This document shows, one piece after another, positions 56,396 to 64,000 of a DNA stretch of 64,000 nt (position 1 is its first letter; each line of letters starts with the position of its first letter). This stretch comes from Eledone cirrhosa (taxonomy: Eukaryota): the NCBI GenBank assembly GCA_964016885.1, contig OZ024741.1, forward strand, positions 385,516,001-385,580,000, given 5' to 3'. The position numbers and the translations under genes are program-made. Under the pieces are notes generated by a model. The model was not told where the DNA came from, did not search any database, and saw only the letters and a program-made list of their open reading frames with translations.

Positions 56396-57173
56396 TTAGA
56401 AAGGGATTTTTTTAAACCCTGTCAATGGAGGTGGCCCAACGGGCATACCAGACATTGGAGGACCTGGAGGGGACGTCATCATTGGTGAAATTGTTGAAGG
56501 TGTACCCATGGGTGAAGGGGACATCATAGAGGGAGGAGCAGATGTAGGAGGCATCATAGAGGGAGGAGCAGATGTAGGAGGCATCATAGAGGGAGGAGCA
56601 GATGTAGGAGGCATCATAGAGGGAGGAGCAGATGTAGGAGGCATCATAGAGGGAGGAGCAGATGTAGGAGGCATCATAGAGAGAGGGGCAGATGTAGGAG
56701 GTCTCATAGAGGGAGGAGTAGATGTAGGAGGTATCATAGAGGGAGGAGAAGATGTAGGAGGTCTCATGGGAGGAGGAGTAGATGAAGGGTGTCCCATGGG
56801 AGGAGGTCTCATTGGGGGAGGGCCAGTTGGAAGGGATCCCATTTGGGGATGTCCCATTGGGGGTGGACCAACTGAAGGAGGTCCCATGCAAGGGGATGTA
56901 CCATAATAATTTGTGGAAGAAATGTTTACAGGAGTTTGAAGATGGGAGGAAATGGAATTGGGATTGAAATATTCTTGCCTTTTAGTATTTATTTGTGAAT
57001 CAGAGTAAGTTATAGGTGTTTGGAGAGGAGTTAGAGGGGAGCTAAGAGGAGCAGCTGTAGAAGAATGTGAAACTGTATTGCGATTCATTGAATCTGGCCC
57101 ATTCATCTGAGGATAAATTCCTATTATGGAGTACAATTCCTTAAGTATAAGCAGCACTGTATCTTCTGATTCC
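56396..57173 (-). CDS. SEC23IP: SEC23IP-like terminal exon ([14 protein letters not shown] followed by a long Pro/Ser/Met-rich tail)
   Basis: ttacag acceptor; in frame with ORF 56396..57157; TAA stop. Confidence 0.88.
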
Positions 57174-60100
57174 CTGTAAATATAAAAAGGAGCATGTTAA
57201 ACTGAACAAGTTTACAGTAGAATATCTAAGACATAAACCTTCTTCATCATTATCATCACTTGTTTTACGACAATTTTCCATGCTAGCATGGGTTAGACAT
57301 GTTCTATCTAGAGGCAGGTGCTATGTATAGATGGAGCTGTTAGATGAGTTATCCCGTTGTGAGACAAATCAAATCAAGTGACCGTGTTGTGCTCATACAG
57401 AACTTTCTGGTTTGGTTTCTACAGCTGAATGCCCTTCCTAATGCCAACCACATTTATAGCATGGACTGTGTGCTTTTTATAGTGGTACCAAAACGACCAA
57501 GAGACAGGTTGGGTGGGCGCTTTTTGTTGTGACACCAAAATGACCATTTTACAGGGTGGACTGGGTGCTTTTTGTCACCTAATACAAATATATATCTCAA
57601 TTTGAATGTAGTCTGTAATGATAACTTTTCTAAAACAGTTTTACATTTGAGTGTTTGCCTCTTGTTACATTCTCTAGTTAGACATGGAAGCTGCACTGTT
57701 TTGATGATCATCGTTTCCCTCCAGGCATCAATAATATAAATTATTACTTTTGATATCAACCTCTCCAAAACCAGCTTTGGTTCTATGAAATAAACCCAAT
57801 CTATTTTAAAGGGTCCCTATTTAAGTTCTTTAATTTAGATAGAGTATATTTCTTTAGAAATATAGTAATATCAACCTAGGATCAAAACTTATAGTTGACA
57901 ACTTAGTGGCACTCCGAAATCCTCTGTATGTATGGACCCATAACACATGAGGGATTTGTAGGGGCGACATATTAACAGTGTTTCTAGAGCATTTTTAAAC
58001 CTGGCAGAGCCCATCTCTCTCCAGGTCTGAATAAAGCAGATTTCTTCCAGAGAAGGAGTGTGTGTAAGAGAATGGAAGTGAGAAAGAGATATAGTGGAAG
58101 AATCAACCCCAGTATTTGACTGGTACTTTTGCTATTGACCTCAAAAGGATGAAAGGCAAAGTTGACCTCAGTGAAATATGAACTCAGAGAGCCAAGAGCT
58201 GGAACAAATACTACAAATTTGATGTTCTAACAACTCCACCAAATCACTGCCTCCGAAATCCTCTACTGAACCTAAAAATTACCATGGATCTGATCTCATG
58301 ACTAACATGAAAGAGATCAGTGGATTCAATGACCCTGAGACATCTAGTCTGATATGTCATTTCTTTAAGGTACCAGTTTGACAATGAAATTTCCAAATTG
58401 CAATTACTTTGTTAGTTTGCAGTAAATATTTAGCCAGCATGGCAACAACACAGTGTACCAATGTACCAGTGTACCTTCTACACTACAACACAGTGTACCA
58501 GTGTACCTTCTACACTACAACACAGTGTACCAATGTACCTTCTACACTACAACACAGTGTACCAGTGTACCTTCTACACTACAACACAGTGTACCAATGT
58601 ACCTTCTATACTACAACACAGTGTACCAGTGTACCTTCTACACTACAACACAGTGTACCAATGTACCTTCTATACAACACAGTGTACCAGTGTACCTTCT
58701 ACACAACAACACAGTGTACCAATGTACCTTCTATACAACACAGTGTACCAGTGTACCTTCTACACAACAACACAGTGTACCAATGTACCTTCTATACAAC
58801 ACAGTGTACCAGTGTACCTTCTACACAACAACACAGTGTACCAATGTACCTTCTATACAACACAGTGTACCAGTGTACCTTCTACACAACAACAGTGTAC
58901 CAATGTACCTTCTATACTACAACACAGTGTACCTTCTACACTACAACACAGTGTACCAGTGTACCTTCTACACTACAATAATAGTGTACCAGTGTACCTT
59001 CTACACTACAACACAGTGTACCAGTGTACCTTCTACACTACAACACAGTGTACCAGTGTATCTTCTACACTACAACAACACAGTGTATCTTCTACACTAC
59101 AATAACACAGTGTACCTTCTACACTACAACACAGTGTACCAGTGTACCTTCTACACTACAACACAGTGTACCTTCTACACTACAACACAGTGTACCAGTG
59201 TACCTTCTACACTACAACACAGTGTACCAGTGTACCTTCTACACTACAACACAGTGTACCTTCTACACTACAACACAGTGTACCAGTGTACCTTCTACAC
59301 TACAATAACAGTGTACCAGTGTACCTTCTACACTACAACAACAGTGTATCTTCTACACTACAATAACACAGTGTACCTTCTACACTACAATAACAGTGTA
59401 CCAGTGTACCTTCTACACTACAACACAGTGTACCAGTGTATCTTCTACACTACAACACAGTGTATCTTCTACACTACAATAACACAGTGTACCTTCTACA
59501 CTACAACACAGTGTACCTTCTGCACTACAACACAGTGTACCAGTGTACCTTCTACACTACAATAACACAGTGTACCTTCTACACTACAACACAGTGTACC
59601 TTCTACACTACAACACAGTGTACCAGTGTACCTTCTACACTACAACACAGTGTACCAGTGTACCTTCTACACTACAACACAGTGTACCAGTGTACCTTCT
59701 ACACTACAATAACAGTGTACCAGTGTACCTTCTACACTACAACACAGTGTACCAGTGTACCTTCTACACTACAACAACACAGTGTATCTTCTACACTACA
59801 ATAACACAGTGTACCTTCTACACTACAATAACAGTGTACCAGTGTACCTTCTACACTACAACACAGTGTACCAGTGTATCTTCTACACTACAACACAGTG
59901 TACCTTCTACACTACAACACACTGTACCTTCTGCACTACAACACAGTGTACCAGTGTACCTTCTACACTACAATAACACAGTGTACCTTCTACACTACAA
60001 CACAGTGTACCTTCTACACTACAACACAGTGTACCAGTGTACCTTCTACACTACAACACAGTGTACCAGTGTATCTTCTACACTACAACACAATGTATCT

Positions 60101-63067
60101 TCTACACTACAATAACACAGTGTACCTTCTACACTACAACACAGTGTACCAGTGTACCAGTGTACCTTCTACACTACAATAACACAGTGTACCAGTGTAC
60201 CAGTGTACCTTCTACACTACAATAACACAGTGTACCAGTGTACCTTCTACACTACAACACAGTGTACCAGTGTATCTTCCTGTGAATCACTAAAGCAATC
60301 AGTTTCAGGACATAACTATTTGTTTCTTCAGAGTCAAGATACAAGTGAGAGCCAGTTCAAAGTTAGTACTGTTAAGGTGCTGTAGTTAATGACTTACCAA
60401 TAGCAGCCATGACTAGTCAATGCAAATAAATAATCATTAAAGCTTTCAATTGGTTTCTCTTGTAAGACATAGTCAATTCTGCGTCCTTCGTTTAACAGAC
60501 CCATGCTGATTTCCTCATCATGACTAGAAGCAATGGCTGAAAAATTGAAAACAAAAATAGATGAAAAATTTCCATAAGCTATAAGTGAATTTCAAAAGAT
60601 TGAAGAGGAAAGATTAGATGAATTCACTAGCATGGGATCCATGCAATGAAGATGTGAGACAAGCAGTGAAACTTCTTTTAAGTAATGCAATTTAAGTATT
60701 TGTCAAATAATCTTTTTAATGAAATTATAACACAAATACAATTATCAATTAAAAGATGAAAAACGATGGAAGTGTTTGAGGACTCTTCCCCCACGACAAG
60801 AAAAAGAAAAGAAAAAGAAAAATAAGGAAGTTTTCCATTTTTCTTTTCTTTCTTTTTTTAAAATTGTATCTTAAAATCTGTCCACTTACATGCAGTTTCT
60901 GTGGCATCATCATCAGTAACAACTAATTGATTTATAACCTCACTCATTTCTTTGTCTACTTGTTGCTCCAGTGACTGGCTGGTAGTGTGAGCTCGTGCAA
61001 ATTCATTGATTGAGTTCCAAGTACTCTTCAGAGAATCAAGAAATCTCTGCTTCAGATCAGATCCAACTCGACTGAGACTTTCTCGCAATTCTGAACATTA
61101 AAAAAGTAAATAGAAAATAATATCAATTTCAATTCAATACTTTTACTGGCTTCAGTCATTAGACCTTGACCGTGCTTTGATTTAGTTTATCATATCAACC
61201 CCTGGTTTCAGACATTAGACTGCAACCATGCTTTGACTTAGTTTATCATATCAACCCCAGTACTCCATTATCATCATATCATCATCATTTGAATGTCTGC
61301 TTCCCCTGTTAACAAGGGTTGGATGGGTCTACATAGACCAAGTCAGTACTGAAGCAGGGCTACTGATCACTGAGACAGGCCAGGGATCTGCATCTCGCTT
61401 ATGTATAGTCTCAGTATTTATTTTATTGATTTCTTTTTTGTAGAAACACTAAGTTTCAGGACATAAACACAGACACAAATGTAAACATAGACGGATTTAG
61501 TTATATTCCTTTACATTCTGATTTCAAATCCTGCTGAAGTCAACTTTACCTTTCATCATTCCAAGGTTAACAAAATAAAGTACCAGTTAAGTACTAGGAT
61601 AATTTAATCAACTTTCCCCTGTCCACTAAAATTGCAGGCTTTGTTGTTTAAATTAGAGACCATTATTACTAAAGTTACTAAAAGTCTGTTCTAAACTGAA
61701 TGCTCATCAAGCTGGTGCTTATTCCCAGTTTCTTTTGAGTTAAGCAACTGAGAGTACAAGACTGTCTCTGGACAGGACACCAGTTTATTGCAGGATTAAC
61801 TCCCCAGTTATTGCTGGTACTCACTCTCGGTTGAGTGTACTGGAGCATGCTCAAGAACACAATGCAGCAGCCTGGAATCAAACTGACAACATTCTGATCC
61901 TACGTCAAGCATCCTAACCATTAGGCCATGGGCCTTCACATTTTACTAATAGAGCGGTGAATTTGTAAAAAATTAGACTAATGCAGTATTTAGTTATGTC
62001 TTTTTATGCTTTGATTTCAAATGATATTAGACAAACTTTTTTTATCATCCCTCTTTGTAGATAATGAAAAAAAACTTTGTTTTATTACAACTAGAAATTT
62101 GGTATTATGCTTCTGAACGTTTATATATATATCTTAAAATGCACCCAGTACACTCTAGAGTTACTGGTGTTAAAAAAAGGCACCCAAATCATGCCAAAAC
62201 ACGAACATATGTAAACGAAATGTGACCCTCCTCCCCCCACAGCTTATCTAGGAGAATGTTAGCACTAATTAAGTGTTGATTAAATACACACAAAATACAT
62301 ATTTCTTGTTTCATCTATACTTTTGACATAATAATTGGGTTTAATGAATGGTGTACAGTGTAATATAGTTTCTTTTGTTATTTAGCGCCAGAGCAGATAT
62401 TTTAACAAAAGCCATCCAGCTATGACCATCCTAACTTCTATATTATCCAATGTGTCCTTTTTTTAAAACGGTGGAGCATGATTTGAGGTTGATTAGGTTG
62501 CTATTTCTAGCAGGTTGAGTAACCACATAGAGGGTCCCTTGGCTTATGATAATGTTTGTAAGGTTTCTAATTCTTTTCAAAATGTACTTTATTTATAATA
62601 TGAGAAAATTAAAAAATAAGACTTTTATAAATAAAAAGAAAATAGTGAATTCTCTGACAACTCATCCAACACCTCACTAATCCTTTTGATACAAATCCAC
62701 CTGAAACCACCCCAGTTTTATGATACATAACTGATCATGTTAAAATGTTCATACTTACATTATAATCTTCCATCATATTTAAAAGAAATTTTTGTTAAGA
62801 AATTTTTCAAACATCAGCTTACTGATGAAAAGATTAGTTATCTCATTACATTCTTCAAATTTTCAAAATTAATTGACGCACATAGGTTGTGTATTCCATT
62901 AGAAATATGGTAACAAGAGGATTAAATGATGGTGATGAAAGATTATGAAAAAAACATGAAGATTAAGACTCACCTAAATGAAGCCGTTTTCGACCTTTAT
63001 GATGTGGTATTAGAACTGGTTTATGACTACTGGCATGGGGATTTACAAGTGGTTCTATACGATAAGC
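56396..63067 (-). CDS. SEC23IP: SEC23-interacting protein p125 / DDHD2-family phospholipase A1, 3' partial: complement(join(56396..57173,60398..60536,60890..61090,62974..63067)); upstream exons lie beyond the window
   Basis: Spliced translation [67 protein letters not shown]...[49 protein letters not shown] is the DDHD domain and is closest to SEC23IP as I recall it. An invertebrate gene is probably co-orthologous to SEC23IP and DDHD2. All introns are GT-AG with compatible phases. Confidence 0.92.
56523..56790 (-). repeat. Coding minisatellite, ~9 x 30 bp ([10 protein letters not shown]-type units)
   Basis: atcatagagggaggagcagatgtaggaggc tandem units on + strand, five encoding APPSMM. Confidence 0.92.
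57926..58250 (-). mobile_element. Full-length SINE (family 1 head and core with a different long tail) with 14-bp TSD; related copies at ~22560-22770+, 35070-35387-, 37045-37320+
   Basis: ctccgaaatcctct at 57912-57925 and 58251-58264. Confidence 0.85.
58445..60279. repeat. Intronic minisatellite ~1.8 kb, 32-bp unit cacagtgtaccagtgtaccttctacactacaa with 24-, 29- and 35-bp variants
   Basis: Direct inspection; 61-bp (29+32) higher-order period around 58650-58890. Confidence 0.97.
60398..60536 (-). CDS. SEC23IP: SEC23IP-like exon ([47 protein letters not shown])
   Basis: tttcag acceptor, gtaagt donor, 139 nt. Confidence 0.94.
60890..61090 (-). CDS. SEC23IP: SEC23IP-like exon ([15 protein letters not shown]...DDDATETA)
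   Basis: ttcag acceptor, gtaagt donor, 201 nt; overlaps ORF 60858..61088. Confidence 0.93.
62974..63067 (-). CDS. SEC23IP: SEC23IP-like exon ([31 protein letters not shown])
   Basis: tgtag acceptor, gtgagt donor on minus strand, 94 nt. Confidence 0.93.
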
Positions 63068-64000
63068 CTACAATATATCAACACAAGAAATTGAAATTTT
63101 GAGCTGTAATGAGAAGGTCATATTCTCACATCACAAATTATATGTCTCACTTGCCATACTTTTTACATATTTCTCTGCTGTTATATGAAATAGATCAAGG
63201 TTTCTGGAGGGATGAAGACAAACAATTAATTGTAGAAGGGTCCCACCCTTGCAAGCAGGGAAAAAGCAGACGTAAAATGAAATGATGATGGGAATAGAGT
63301 CAGTAATGAATCCTATGAAAAGAAATGGACTGGCACATGCAATGAAAGTGACTGGGTGAGAGACATGATGAAAATGAATGTAGAAGGAAGAATGTGGTGA
63401 AATATGATAGAGGAGGAGGAGGAGTGAAAATCAGGGGATTGGCAAACAGGATGTAAAGTCTAAAGAGTCTGTCTTTAGCCAGAAGGCTCGTTAGGCTGGT
63501 GCTTATCCTGGTTTCATGACATGAAGTGACTGAAAGTACAAGACTTTCCCCTGGACAGGACGCCAGTCCATCGAAGGGTTAAACCTCCAGCTATTACTGG
63601 TACTCATTTTCAGCTGAGTGTACTTGAGCAACATGAAATGAAGTGTTTTGTTCAAGAACACAACATGCAACCCAGCCCAGGAATTGAACCCACGACATCA
63701 TAATCATAAGTCCAACACCCTTACCACTAGGATGTAAAGAAGAGCAAAATGGAGAAGCCTGTGATGGGGCCGACAATGATAATGCCTGTTTTAGCATGGA
63801 GAATGGGCTTAACATGCTTGTTTTAGTTGTTTGTTCATGTAATCAACCAACACAGAAACCTTTTAAGATGGAATTGCATTATATATTTGGCTCAATCTAT
63901 TTAACATGAAACTGGATCTCATTACAAGGAAAATCCCATCATTTAACATCAGTTTAGATTAACATCGATTATTGTGTTCCATCTTGGGCTGGACAAGTCC

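Noticed and set aside
56412-56967. Alternative-frame and antisense ORFs ([10 protein letters not shown]; [10 protein letters not shown])
   Set aside because: Shadows of the 30-bp coding repeat; only the Pro-rich frame is spliced in frame to the DDHD domain.
58409-60385. Many overlapping long ORFs ([11 protein letters not shown]...) and a CRISPR-like 32-bp hairpin repeat
   Set aside because: ORFs arise from a stop-poor tandem unit cycling through frames, antisense within an intron. There are no unique spacers and no cas genes, and the context is eukaryotic.

Overview
AT-rich, repeat-dense eukaryotic DNA. The SINE and RTE repertoire points to an octopod cephalopod (inference). Two convergent intron-containing genes were reconstructed by hand from splice signals and reading-frame continuity. 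(1) A + strand protrudin (ZFYVE27) gene with 11 coding exons (6032..48808, 387 aa if the ATG at 6032 is the start). (2) The last four exons of a - strand SEC23IP/DDHD2-family gene (63067..56396), carrying an unusual ~245-aa Pro/Ser/Met-rich C-terminal extension. Introns and intergenic DNA hold many defective RTE LINEs with a PHD-like zinc finger, CR1 and CRE fragments, at least three tRNA-derived SINE families, a non-autonomous Helitron, MITE remnants and minisatellites. The most notable non-obvious signals are: a minimal type I hammerhead ribozyme inside a ~346-bp direct-repeat unit next to a fold-back (Penelope/retrozyme-like); a second degenerate hammerhead overlapping a 52-bp near-perfect hairpin; an orphan 28S rRNA fragment starting at the R2 insertion site; and a five-fold tandem duplication of a protrudin splice acceptor. 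Most ORFs in the supplied track are spurious or transposon-derived. Boundaries of degraded repeats are approximate.
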